A DNA stretch of 64,000 bases from Eledone cirrhosa (taxonomy: Eukaryota): NCBI GenBank assembly GCA_964016885.1, contig CAXHJY010000340.1:31122-95121 (forward strand), read 5' to 3'. The notes under the pieces were generated by a model. The model had not been told where the DNA came from. It searched no databases and saw only the letters and a list, made by a program, of their open reading frames with translations. Shown piece by piece: positions 1 through 11,756 of this stretch. A program made the translations under genes and the position numbers. Numbering within the stretch: position 1 is the stretch's first letter; each line of letters starts with the position of its first letter.

Positions 1-129
1 TATGTATATATATATATATATATATAACCAAAAGTTAAACAAGGTTCATTAATTAATCAAGGAATATAGTTTTACTGCCTAGACTGGAATTGAACCATCA
101 GCACAGCTGAGATATGTCAGACATCAATT

Positions 130-195
130 TATTTTATCTGATGAGGATGTACTGATGAAACAGCTCAGTACCTCTGAAATATATATAATAAAATA
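130..195 (+). ncRNA. Minimal type I hammerhead ribozyme motif
   Basis: TATTTTAT-CTGATGA-stem II (GTACTGA/TCAGTAC)-GAAA-TATATA-TA|ATAAAATA. Stem I is 8 bp and stem III (ATATATAT) is palindromic. Confidence 0.75.
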
Positions 196-839
196 TATTT
201 GATCACATGTATGTCTATATTTATTAATATTTTGAAGTAATATATATATATATATATATATATACAAATATAAATTCGCGAGAATCGTATTTCGGCTATT
301 GGAAATTAGCGAAAAACACTACCGAGATGTGTAGCAAGCGCTCCATAGAAGCTACTGAACTAGAGCTACAACATAAGTTAAAAGGCCAATCACACTGAGA
401 CGATGGTTAAACCATTATCCGCACAGCCATAGAAACGACCAAGTAATTCGGGTCAAACAGATAAAATATGATAGAAAAATTATACCCGGACTCATGGAAG
501 GTTGGTAAAATATCCAGCATTTGGGTTTCTGCAACTCCTAAATCATGTACTGTCCGCTTAGGCAAATAATATTAAGCTTTTGGTAAGATGATTGAACAAG
601 CAAGTCACTTTCTCAACAGGCTTTTAGTTCAAGTGCCAATTGAAGGACTGACCGTTATCAGAACCCACGTGGGGCTCGACAAGGAGGCCAACCCTTAGTT
701 TTAGCGGATGAATTCAGTATGTGTGTTATTATTGCAAAATTGCAAAAATCACAAAACGAATTAAGTTCTCAACAGAATGGTTTTAAAATTAACAAAAGTT
801 ATTCCTCAGTCAATAGAATTAACTAAAAAAATCAAGAAA

Positions 840-927
<88 letters not shown>

Positions 928-1010
928 TTCACAAGGAAGATTTTATTAAAAGATTGTCAACATATTTTAGTTTGATGTAAGGAATGTATTGAATAATAAT
1001 ATTAATAATA

Positions 1011-1196
1011 ATTGTTTCTACTTTAGGCACAAGGCCAGCAATTATCCAGTACATTACTGGTACTTTATTTTATCGACCCTTAAGGATGAAAGGCAAAGTC
1101 AACCTCGGCGGGATTTGAACTCAGATCGTAAAGAGACGTAACTATGCTGGAAAGCATGGCGTCCGACCCTCTACCGATACTGTCAATTCACCGCCC
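1011..1196 (-). mobile_element. tRNA-derived SINE (Octopus-like family A)
   Basis: Reverse strand reads GGGCGGTGAATTGACAGTATCGGTAGAG...GAGTTCAAATCCC (B box)...TTTGCCTTTCATCC...GTCGATAAAATAAAGTACCAG. There are 7 copies in the window. Confidence 0.85.
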
Positions 1197-1615
1197 TAAT
1201 AATAATAATGTCCGTTTACAATTGTTTCGCTACTCCATATAATATTTCTGGATAAGATGACTATATATCATAATTGATCTGGTTCAGTTGAAAATAATTA
1301 ACATATTTAAAAGACATAGTGGCTCATCGGAACTTCAAATGAATATGAATTAAAAATGTTGCTTAACTAATGAATATTTCCAGCTCTGCGCACCTAACTT
1401 CTGCATGAACCCAGCCACCTAGCTGCTTTCTACTGCATATTGCACATTGAGCACATGCCTTTACGCTTTGGCTTCTAACTAATTTACCACTCTCTCCTCT
1501 CATATCTCCATCTCTCTCTTTAAGATTGGTTACTCTTGAACTGTATATATATATATATATATATAGATATAGATAGGTAAATATACACGGGTGTGTATGA
1601 TTGTGTATAGAAGAT

Positions 1616-2005
1616 TATATTAATAAGAGGAATTCCAACTTTGTCTGATTTACTCGTTTTATTTACAATCCTTTAAAATATATATAATGGTATTATAATG
1701 AAATAGTATGATAGAATATTAAATTCTAAGTGTTAATTGAACAAGTACTTTCATGCTTTCGCAATCTTCAGGTTCATGATATGTGGTGACAGTCGAGTTT
1801 GCAATTTTCAACTGCAGTTGAAAATTGCAAACTCGACTGTCACCACATATCATGAACCTGAAGATTGCGAAAGCATGAAAGTACTTGTTCAATTAGCACT
1901 TAGAATTTAATATTCTATCATACTATTTCATTATAATACCATTATATATATTTTAAAGGATTGTAAATAAAACGAGTAAATCAGACAAAGTTGGAATTCC
2001 TCTTA

Positions 2006-2013
<8 letters not shown>
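1616..2013. repeat. Near-perfect ~398-bp palindrome of a PLE pLTR-like unit, flanked by (TA)n
   Basis: Centre is CTGCAG at 1814/1815 with no spacer and one mismatch seen. A single-orientation homolog lies at 9793-10022. Confidence 0.9.
1853..1891 (+). ncRNA. Minimal hammerhead motif (mirror copy on - strand at 1738-1776; homolog at 9821-9859)
   Basis: TGAAC-CTGAAGA-tTGC GAAA GCAt-GAAA-GTAC-TT|GTTCA. Stem III (AGTACT) is palindromic. Confidence 0.75.
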
Positions 2014-2095
<82 letters not shown>

Positions 2096-2733
2096 GTGTG
2101 CAACGTTCTTCTAAATATTTACCTCCTGCGTTGATAGATTGATTTTTTTTAGTTTCAGATGATCCTGTTAAGGGTGAAAGCAGCAATTCTTTGCTTAAAC
2201 TTTAATCAATTATTTTATTATATATATATGTATTATATATTCGTGTACAGATATGTTTGCTACACAATAACAAAATATAAACAAACATATTTATTTCACG
2301 AGGCTCGATATGGATAAATATATATCAAATATATAAGAACCCTAGAGCAAATCCCGAGCAACGCCGGGCCATTCTGCTAGTTATTAATACAATAATGGTA
2401 GCATCTGTTACGATACTAGGCCCAATATGGCCTCTCGCATGACATTTGCTAGCAAGAAACCATGACAGCATCAACAATCCAGCAACAACGTTTTCAGCAA
2501 CGATGGTATATATACAGATAGCATTGATGCCGAACATGTGAGCTTCTATCTTGTATTTCTATATGCTAGAAATAGCAGCAAAATCTCCCTAAATCTGATT
2601 CATTTGGCTTAAAAGCGGAAGAGCAAGGACACGTTCTTCGTGTAAAATATAGATGACATATTTCTATATATGTATGGTCCCGTGACCCCTGATAAGTCGT
2701 AGGGGTGCCGTGACGTGCAGCGATTATTGATCA

Positions 2734-3150
2734 TTTAAAGCCTGGTGGAGTCTATATCCTCTCCAGGCCTTAGTACAGCAGATTTCTTCTAGAGAAAGAT
2801 AGAAAGTGAAAGAAAGAGGAAATGAAAAAGAAATGTAGAGGAAAAATCAACCCCAGGACTAGACTGGTACTTTTTAAATCCTGGTGGAGTTTATCTCCTC
2901 TCCAGGCCTTAGTACAGCAGATTTCTTCTAGAGAAAGATAGAAAGTGAAAGAAAGAGGAAATGAGAAAGAAATATAGAGGACAAATCAACCCCAGTACTA
3001 GACTGGTACTTTTTAAAGCCTGATGGAGTCTATCTCCTCTCCAGGCCTTAGTACAGCAGATTTCTTCTAGAGAAAGATAGAAAGTGAAAGAAAGAGGAAA
3101 TGAGAAAGAAATATAGAGGAAAAATCAATCCATATACTAGGCTGGTACTT
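2734..3150. repeat. 139-bp tandem repeat x3 that includes a SINE 3' tail
   Basis: CCTG(G/A)TGGAG recurs at 2741, 2880 and 3019. Each unit ends in ATCAACCCCAGTACTAGACTGGTACTTT, and the third runs into a degenerate minus-strand SINE (3131-3271). Confidence 0.85.
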
Positions 3151-3350
3151 TTTTTATCGACATCGAAACGATGAAAGGCAAGGTTGATCTATCTGAGAGA
3201 GAGCGGAGAGCCGGAACGATACCATAAAGCATTCTATCCGACGGCCTAACGATTCTGCCAATTTGTCACCTATTTCTTTGTATAACAAATAACAAAATAA
3301 AATATACATTAAATGTTTCTCATGAGTAGTCCAGTAGAAGTTATTCCTAT

Positions 3351-3430
3351 TTAAAATACATTATGTAACTTAAAATACATTATGTAACTTAAAATACATT
3401 ATGTAACTTAAAATAGATTATGTAACTTAA
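3351..3430. repeat. 19-bp minisatellite x4
   Basis: TTAAAATACATTATGTAAC is repeated. Confidence 0.9.
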
Positions 3431-3450
3431 AAAATATTTAAGGAAATAAT

Positions 3451-3635
3451 TGATTCTACTTTAGGCACAAGGCCAAAAATTAACCAGTGCATTACTGGTA
3501 CTTTCTTTTATCGACCCCGTAGGGATGAAAGGCAAAGTCAACCTCGGCAGGATTTGAACTCAGATCGTAAATGGACGTAACTATGCTGGAAAGCATAGCG
3601 TCCGACCCTCTACCGATACTGCCAATCCACCGCCC
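3451..3635 (-). mobile_element. tRNA-derived SINE family A
   Basis: Near-identical to 1011-1196. Confidence 0.85.
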
Positions 3636-3839
3636 TTATAATGGCCGCACCTATATTTCCTTTGCCCACGATTCAGAGCTGGACAAATCCACAATGAAAT
3701 AAGGTAGTCAATATATATATATATATATATATTTAAAATGCAACCATTATTTTTGGAAGCCATCTGGATGGCTTCCAAAAATAATGGTTGCATTTTAAAA
3801 GGGTACGTCAAAGCTTATTTGTAAAACTGTTATATATTG

Positions 3840-3904
3840 TATTTTGTCTGATGAAGGCATACCATAATTTAATTTGGTATCCCTGAAATATATATAATGA
3901 AATA
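3840..3904 (+). ncRNA. Minimal hammerhead motif (same family as 18625-18690)
   Basis: TATTTTGT-CTGATGA-stem II (ATACCA/TGGTAT)-GAAA-TATATA-TA|ATGAAATA. It is preceded by a 68-bp palindrome at 3732-3799. Confidence 0.7.
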
Positions 3905-4032
3905 AATATGGTTTTATAAATATAGTTTCCATTTATTAATATCGTATATCTACTCCAAATACTTGTCGAGTGCTTTATATCAGTTATAAAAATATTTACT
4001 TGTTGTATGCCAACAATTTTAAATAGAACTTT

Positions 4033-4092
<60 letters not shown>

Positions 4093-4284
4093 ATACAGAG
4101 GTATTTCATATAGAAATTACTTCTACCAGTCTAGAACCCCCCCCCCCTCCACACACACACTCACTCACACACCCACCCATTCACTCAACGATAGAAACAC
4201 CATTTGTAATGCAACACACCAGTCTCTATGAGGAGTCACATGACCAAACTTACGGTACATACTGTTATAATGGTGTGACACACA

Positions 4285-4915
4285 TCTATATATATATATA
4301 TATAATGAGGATGTGTGTGTGTGTGTGTGTGTGACTTTGAATCCCTAAAACTCGAAAAGTACCGAACCGATTTTTTGCAAACTTTACATGTGTGTTACTT
4401 ACGTCTCAGGGAGTGTTATGCACAAAAAAAATCACTTGTTGATCCCCTAGGGCCCGCATTAGTTGAAAAACTGCGTTTTTTTCAGCTTTTTAGGGGTTTT
4501 TTGAGGCGTTACGTCAGACCGATTTCCTTGAAATTGTAACTATGTATTAGGTATTCTCTTCTTCATACAGTGAGCAAAGAAAATCCAACTTGTTTATGGC
4601 CTAGGGCCCGCATTAGGTGAAAAACTTCATTTTTTTCACTTTTTTAGCTGATTCTAGCTGATTTTCCGGAAATTTCAAGGCATATCATGCACATAAAAAA
4701 AATTCATTTTCTTGATCCCCTAGGGCCCGCATTAGGTGAAAACCTGCATATTTCCTGCTTTATCGAGGAAAATCTTAAAGATTATCCAGCCATCAAAGTA
4801 TTCGGTTTATTTTCTTTACATATTTTCCAGGCATGCAGTTTTTCCACGATAAGGTCTTTTGGCGAACCGCGTTCCAAAATACCTTATCTTGTGCAACGCC
4901 GGGTACCACTGCTAG
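4285..4915 (+). mobile_element. Non-autonomous Helitron (Lep1-like layout)
   Basis: A|TC 5' end, then TATATAATGAG and a (TG)n microsatellite, an ACCGAACCGATTTT motif and 3 internal CCTAGGGCCCGCATTAG repeats. The 3' end is GTGCAACGCCGGGTACCACTG-CTAG|T. No TSD seen. Confidence 0.7.
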
Positions 4916-5040
4916 TATTTTATATATCTGAATGAAACGAGGGTAAAACCCAAGGTATTCACCAGGTCTCAATCCGAACTAACAACGAGAGATTACAACG
5001 AGACAGTTCACTTGAGTTCTTATTTATTGAGTTTCGCTTA

Positions 5041-5258
5041 AGGCGGTGGATTGATAGTATCGGTAGAGAGTCAGACACCATGCTTTCCAGCATAGAGTTG
5101 CAGCCCTTTATGGTCTGAGTTCAAATCTCGCCGAGGTTAACTGTGCCTTTCATCCTTACGGGGTCGATAAAATAAAGCACCAGTAACGTACTGGGTTCGA
5201 TATAATCGACTTTCCCCTTCCCCAAAATTACTGGTCTTGTGCCTATACTAGAAATCAT
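5041..5258 (+). mobile_element. tRNA-derived SINE family A, long-tail variant
   Basis: Same head and body as the other copies, plus a ~30-bp segment TCGATATAATCGACTTTCCCCTTCCCCAAA that they lack. Confidence 0.85.
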
Positions 5259-5940
5259 GTATAGCTTCGCCTAGTCCACTTTTAGTCATGCGTTGTTATT
5301 CAGAGTTTTTCCCCCACAACACATACATACTGCATCCATATTAGATCTAAACAGAAGTACATATCCCATTCCCACCATTAGAATCAACTTCATGTAAAAG
5401 TCTTGGAAAACAAAATTTCAAAGTTTTACTCGCAGAATTATTGTTTATATTTTCAGTGGTTAAACCAACAATTCAAAATATAATTTGTTTCTTTCTGTTT
5501 ATCTTCTTCAACGTCATAAAACAACGGCAAAACAACACAGTATGGCATTAATTACTTTTATGAGTCTATGAGGAATAGATCAGCTATGTGGAGGATAACA
5601 AGAGATATTCATAACTCATAGAAAAAAATATATACAATCATTTAAAAAAATGCAAACTACAAACAAACTAAGAAAGAAAAAAGTACGCCAATTATACAAC
5701 ATCTTCCATGTTTTCTAATGACAATCTAGAATAATTTGTCATAAATTATTATAGTATATATTATTATATTTATTATTATATTTTCTTTTACCAAACACAA
5801 ACATCCATAAATGATTGCAGTTCCAGAATCTAGTTCTCTTTTTTTTCCGTCGTTTCTCACTGATGCCAAGTAATTTCTTAACACGCAATAGTCATAACGT
5901 GTGTGTGTGTGTGTGTGTGTGTGTACACACATATATTGTA

Positions 5941-6048
5941 TCTGAGTGGTTTGAGAAATGGATTCCCAATCTTGAGGTTGTGAGTTCGAATCCCGGACCG
6001 GGCGATGCGTTATGTCCTTGAGCAAGACACTTTATTTCATATTGCTCC
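5941..6048 (+). mobile_element. tRNA-derived SINE head (family B), truncated
   Basis: A-box-like TGAGTGGTT and B box GAGTTCGAATCCC, followed by TGTCCTTGAGCAAGACACTT. Confidence 0.6.
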
Positions 6049-6218
6049 TTCCGTGTATATATGTAAAATGTGTATATATGTAAAAGGTAAACATAAATAA
6101 CACAATCGGTACACTATAAGGAAATAATATATTAGGTTAACGCTTGAAATAACAGGGAGAGGGTCGTAATATATATATAAAGCGGACGTAAAATGAAATG
6201 AATATATATATGTATATA

Positions 6219-6270
<52 letters not shown>

Positions 6271-6325
6271 TATATTCATTTCATTTCAGATGTGAGAAAA
6301 ACCACAGACCCTTCATCTCAACTCA

Positions 6326-6363
6326 CCTTTTGAAAAGCAGAAGAACTGCGAAACCGGTAAAGG
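6326..6363 (+). ncRNA. Variant or degenerate minimal hammerhead
   Basis: CCTT-TTGAAAA-GCAG aagaa CTGC-GAAA-CCGG-TA|AAGG. All three stems are intact but the core deviates from CUGANGA. Confidence 0.5.
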
Positions 6364-6603
6364 AACCAAATAAATATATATATTTAAAAAAAAAATAAGA
6401 CACCAGTTGCATTTTCGATTTCATCTCTTTTTCTTTATATATATATATATATATATATATATTCATTTCATTTTACGTCCGCTTTTCCCTGCTTGCAAGG
6501 GTGGGACGGGAACTGATTCTGGCTTCAATATATATATATTATATATACACGTATATATGAATATATATATCTACACGTACACGTAATTCTGTGTATGTAA
6601 TAT

Positions 6604-6780
6604 ATTGTTTCTACTTTAGGCACAAGGCCAGCAATTACCCAGTGCGTTACTGGTACTTTATTTTATCGACCCCGTAAGGATGAAAGGCAAAGTCAACCTC
6701 GACGGGATTTGAACTCAGATTGTAAAGGGACGTAACTATGCTGGAAAGCATGGCGTCCGACCCTCTACCGATACTGCCAA
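6604..6780 (-). mobile_element. tRNA-derived SINE family A
   Basis: Near-identical to 1011-1196 but lacks the first few bases. Confidence 0.85.
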
Positions 6781-7606
6781 TATATTGAGAGAGAGATATG
6801 TATGTCTTTTTCTTTCTTTTCCCTTGGAGTTACACGAATGACTTAAGAGCCCAGAGTCGCCTTCTGCTTGAAATGGAATAGTTAAGCTCTCAGCTTGCCA
6901 TCTCTACAACCAATCACCGCTGTCTACTGTATTGCTGGCTGAACTTCTTTCAATTACGTAGGCATTCTGGTCCTTCTTGATCAAATGAAAATCTTCACCC
7001 AACTTATATTATCCAAGTGAAGATTTATAGAGGTTTTCTTGTTGATATTTATCTTATTGAGCGTTCAGACAGACAAACCCTAGCGTCTAAATTATTGTTT
7101 AAACTCGAAATTGACTAACCTAACATAGCTTTTGTCCTTGTAACTGATATATACATTTTTCATAATTTACGAGATTCCACCGAGAAGAAATGATGTGATA
7201 TCAATATCAGTGTTCAAAGCACGAATAACATCATTTAACAGCAATAACCCACGTCCATTCTTTTTATTGTTTTAATGGTTTCATTTCACGGGAGAGCGGC
7301 TATCGACTTGAAGGGCTTTAATCGACTATATTGACCTCAGTCACGTGTTAATACTTGTTTCATAGATCTTGGAGGAGGACAAATGACAAAATCGACGGGG
7401 TGTAAGGAGACCAAACGGATCGAAGTAACGATTTATTGCTGGGCCTTTCAAATATACTAACACACACACACATATTCACACTCAGACACACACGTATTCA
7501 CACACACACACATATTCACACTCAGACATACAAGTATTCACACACACACACACATTCACACACAGACACACACGTATTCACACACATACATACATTTGTA
7601 TCTATG

Positions 7607-7642
<36 letters not shown>

Positions 7643-7916
7643 TACACATTTATCCTAGACGTTGGTTGTTGAGCGCACAGCTTACATATATACATACACA
7701 CACACATGTACACACACACACATATATATATTTATATATAGGGTGTCCCACAAATATATATACACACGTTGATTAGAATCCTATTGAATTGTGTATACAT
7801 TTTTTAGGACGCCCTTTATATGTATATGTATATATTCCAATACATAAATACATTTATACACACACACACGCACACGCACACACACATACACATATATTGT
7901 CTTGGTTGCCCTTGAA

Positions 7917-7947
<31 letters not shown>

Positions 7948-8038
7948 TATATATATAACGAAGGAGGTATGGTAGGTAAGGAACCAAATGGACCATAACG
8001 CACAAGAGTAGTCAATACTTTGGGTAGTAGATTGGGTA

Positions 8039-8149
8039 ATAGGAAAATGTTTAACCCCGACGACAGAGCTCAAGTCGCCTCGACGGCTATTTCTGTCCAG
8101 AAATAGCCGTCGAAACGGCTTCAGCTCTGCCGTCGGGGTTAAACATTTT

Positions 8150-8153
<4 letters not shown>
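8039..8153. repeat. ~115-bp palindrome abutting (TA)n
   Basis: ATAGGAAAATGTTTAACCCCGACG...CGTCGGGGTTAAACATTTTCCTAT, with centre TTTCTG-TC-CAGAAA. Confidence 0.85.
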
Positions 8154-8210
<57 letters not shown>

Positions 8211-8409
8211 CGTTTCTGAATTTGTTTAGCAAGATTCTTTATCTGAAATCGTGTGTTGAAACCGATATTGTTATACTTTGGGAGGGTCATGTTGAAGAAA
8301 CACACGCACCAGTTGCTTTCACTTCAATTTATTATATATTTATAAATTTACAAACTTATAAATTTCTGGTTGGTTGGTTGGTTCCACAACCAGATAGTTG
8401 TTTATATAT

Positions 8410-8454
8410 AGTCATAGTCCTTTCGTCACACACTCTGTGATCTCTTCAGTGACT
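8410..8454 (-). ncRNA. Minimal hammerhead in PLE pLTR (inverted copy on + at 9438-9482)
   Basis: AGTCA-CTGAAGA-g(A/G)TCAC..GTGAC-GAAA-GGAC-TA|TGACT. Confidence 0.75.
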
Positions 8455-8752
8455 GGGGATTCCTTTCTTCGTTTCTGTGCCTTTCCTTTCTTCTATCCTA
8501 CGCCATTTTGTTTCTGTGTGTGTGTTGTGTGCTCAGTTTGCGCATGCGCCACATCCGGGTGTCTGTGTGTGTTTGTGTTCATTTATCTATTTGTTTATTT
8601 ATTTATTTATTTATTGTTGGTTGGTTGTTTGTTCTATGTGTGTGTGTGCTTTCATTTTGTCCTGTGTGTGTTTTCATGTTGTGTGTGTTTTCATTTTGTC
8701 CTTAATTGTAAGTTGTTTGTTCTATGTGTGTGTGTGTGTTTTCATTTTGTCC

Positions 8753-9332
8753 TTAATTGTAAGTTGTGATGTTGCTGTTCCACTCATATTTTCTATTTAA
8801 TTTTGGTTTTAATTCTTTTATGCTTACTGCCTCTGTAATTTGCCTAAACATTGCGTCTTTTCTGTGTGTGGATTCTATTTTAATTTCTATGCTCTCTAAT
8901 CTACCCCTGTGTTCTATCTTAGCATGTTGGTAGAGCACAGATGATTCTTTATTATCTTGGAGGTCTCGCCAGTGTTCATTTACTCGTTCCCCTATACTAC
9001 GAGCTGTCTCACCTATGTACACTATATTTTTGTTTCTACATTGTCCTTCAGTACATCTTATGCTATACACTACATTTCTAGTTTTACAGTTAATATGGGG
9101 GCTTATTTTACAGGTTATACATTTCTTATCTATACATGAGGGTCTTTGGAACGGGTATGTCTTGCTAATAAGTGTTTTTACGGAGGTACCAGGTCTTTCT
9201 ACTATCTTAATATTGAGATTATGTTTATTTAGGGCCCTTCTAAATTTGTAGGCTAGTTCGCCTCTAGGGGTTGTATTGATGAACATTACACTCTGGTATT
9301 TATTGCTATCATACCATGAGTTTATTCTATTG
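8753..9332 (-). pseudogene. PLE ORF C-terminus: Cys linker and GIY-YIG endonuclease
   Basis: CIDKKCITC...CKTRNVVYSIRC...YIGETARSIGERVNEH...EAVSIKELKPKLNRKYEW. Confidence 0.9.
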
Positions 9333-10015
9333 GCCGGATGTGGCGCATGCGCAAACTGAGCACACAACACACACACAGAAACAAATTGGCGTAGGATAGA
9401 AGAAAGGAAAGGCACAGAAACGAAGAAAGGAATCGCCAGTCACTGAAGAGGTCACAGAGTGTGTGACGAAAGGACTATGGCTATATATAAACAAATATCT
9501 GGTTGTGGAACCAACCAACCAACCAGAAATTTATAAGTTTGTAGATTTGTAAATTTATAAATTTATAAATATATAATAAATTGAAGTGAAAGCGACTGGT
9601 GCGTGTGTTTCTTATTGGCAACATGACCCTCCCAAAGTATAACAATATATATATATATATATATATATATTTATCGTTTCTGAATTTGTTTAGCAAGATT
9701 CTTTATCTGAAAATGTGTGTTGAAACCGATATTGTTATACTTTGGGACGGTTCTTATTGGCTACATGACCCTCCCAAAGTATAACAATATATTTGCAAAC
9801 TTGACTGTCGCTACACATTATGAACCTGAAGATTGCGAAAGCATGAAAGTACTTCTTCAATTAACACTTAACATTTAATATTCTACCATACTATTTCATT
9901 CTAATACCATTATAAATATTAAAGGATTGTAAATAAAACGAGTAAATCAAACAAAGTTGCAATTCCTTTTATTATTATAATCTTCTATACACAATCATAC
10001 ACACCCGTGTATATT

Positions 10016-10047
<32 letters not shown>

Positions 10048-10074
10048 AATATAAATATATATAAATATATATAA

Positions 10075-10129
<55 letters not shown>

Positions 10130-10185
10130 AATATATATATATATAAATATAAATATATAAATATATATATATATATAAATATATA

Positions 10186-10219
<34 letters not shown>

Positions 10220-10258
10220 TATAAATATATATATATATAAATATATATATAAATATAT

Positions 10259-10740
10259 CCTTTCGTGGATCGTAGTTGTCTCCCCTTCCCGCTTCGTGTC
10301 GCTATGATACTTCCTCAGTCAAGAACTGCTGGAATTTCAAATTTGGCGGTCATTTGATGCGAGAAGGAGCAACTTAATAGACACGATTTTTGACTGCGGT
10401 AAGAATGTATTTCTTATATCAAAGTTTAATGGGCTTCCACTGATGATTTATAAGGGCCCACCTAAATATATTCTTATATGAATATATATTAGGCTTCTAC
10501 ATAAACTGGAAATATTCTCCCAAACTTGTAGAAAACTTATAATGAAACAATTGTTTGGAAAGAGAGATGTATTTTAACTTTAATTATATCTCATAAAATA
10601 ATACAACTGGTTTTTCCACATTATACATATTGTTAGCACCCCAAACACTTAAATTGGGTTTATATTTAAATATAACCTAATGTTTGTTGAGTGAGATGGA
10701 TACCAATCAGAGTTTAGCTTTAAACTATCTCTGTTATTGT
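10259..10740 (-). mobile_element. Decayed PLE 3' end with a truncated hammerhead
   Basis: The minus strand gives QFKCLGC*QYV*CGKT (GIY-YIG-like), then CTGAGGA (10318-10312)...CAC-GAAA (10264-10261), cut off by (TA)n. Confidence 0.45.
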
Positions 10741-10770
10741 ATTAATATATAAATATGTATATATATATAT

Positions 10771-11387
10771 ATTCAGGTTTGAGGTTCACCACTGGATAGA
10801 GCTGGTCAATTCCGTATGGTCAATGGCAATGTAATAATAGAGAGAGTACTCAACGTAAAGCAGTTCAACCGTCTTTGTTTTTGTAGTTGGTGGTGCTATT
10901 ACGGTAGTTGTTAAGATACGGGTCCCTTAGAATAAAAAAAATTCTTCGCGACAATCCTGGCCTGACTGTAATACCGACCTTTCCTCCTCTTTCTTTCTAT
11001 CTTTCTTCTTATAGCTGACATTAACTCTGGCTTCTCCTCTTCTTCCTTCCCCCCTCTTCTATCTTCTTTCTTTCTTTCTTTCTTTTTTCCTAACGCTAAC
11101 TTATGTTCCCATCCCTTTCTGTTTTCCTTTATCTGACCGGTAGTAGCACACTGTAAGCTTTAGCCACGTCACTCGAGGGCGACCGGCAAAGGTAGAAGAT
11201 GCTGGATGGCAGTCGCCCTCGGATCCTTGATCTTCAGCCCCATGGATTTTATCTATTACATTGACGTATTATATTTCGAATACCTGATGATATCACCGGT
11301 TTCATACGGAACCCGGTCATTGAAATGATCATAGTATAATAAGCCTTTCAAGGATTTACACAAATCCAGCCTCCTGTCATTTCATTA

Positions 11388-11390
<3 letters not shown>
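10771..11390 (+). mobile_element. Non-coding HHR-bearing element between (TA)n tracts
   Basis: Homologous to 23393-24209 and 25830-26465. Confidence 0.75.
11280..11337 (+). ncRNA. Minimal hammerhead (copies at 23555-23612 on -, 26357-26414 on +)
   Basis: ATAC-CTGATGA-stem II (ACCGG/CCGGT)-GAAA-TGATCA-TA|GTAT. Stem III (ATGATCAT) is palindromic. Confidence 0.75.
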
Positions 11391-11446
<56 letters not shown>

Positions 11447-11689
11447 GTGTATTTGTATTGTGCTGTATATATAATTGTGTATGTGCACGTGCATGGGTGA
11501 TTTCGTACATTCCATAATGAAAGAAATACTATCTAAAGCGATGTATTTATTTGAAATAATCTTAACATACATATATCTGTATATAGAATTTTTTCAATTT
11601 TTTTTCTACTATAAAGAATCGTTCCATAATTGTTTCATTGAAGTTATCAGTTTGGTAGAGATTGTATACAAAACACACAGATATAACTG

Positions 11690-11720
11690 TGTATGTATAT
11701 GCACATATATATATATACAC

Positions 11721-11756
<36 letters not shown>

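Larger units (their letters stand above)
8208..9650 (-). mobile_element. 5'-truncated Penelope-like element with an inverted pLTR copy
   Basis: On the - strand a GIY-YIG ORF remnant is followed by a 3' UTR and pLTR (8208-8560). An inverted pLTR copy (9333-9650) sits at the truncation point. Both ends abut (TA)n. Confidence 0.85.

Noticed and set aside
270-830. Possible host exon or coding remnant
   Set aside because: No recognisable ORF or motif could be supported. The same applies to 6800-7260 and 31700-32560.
5941-6005. tRNA gene
   Set aside because: A and B boxes are present but there is no complete cloverleaf, and the sequence continues into a SINE body.
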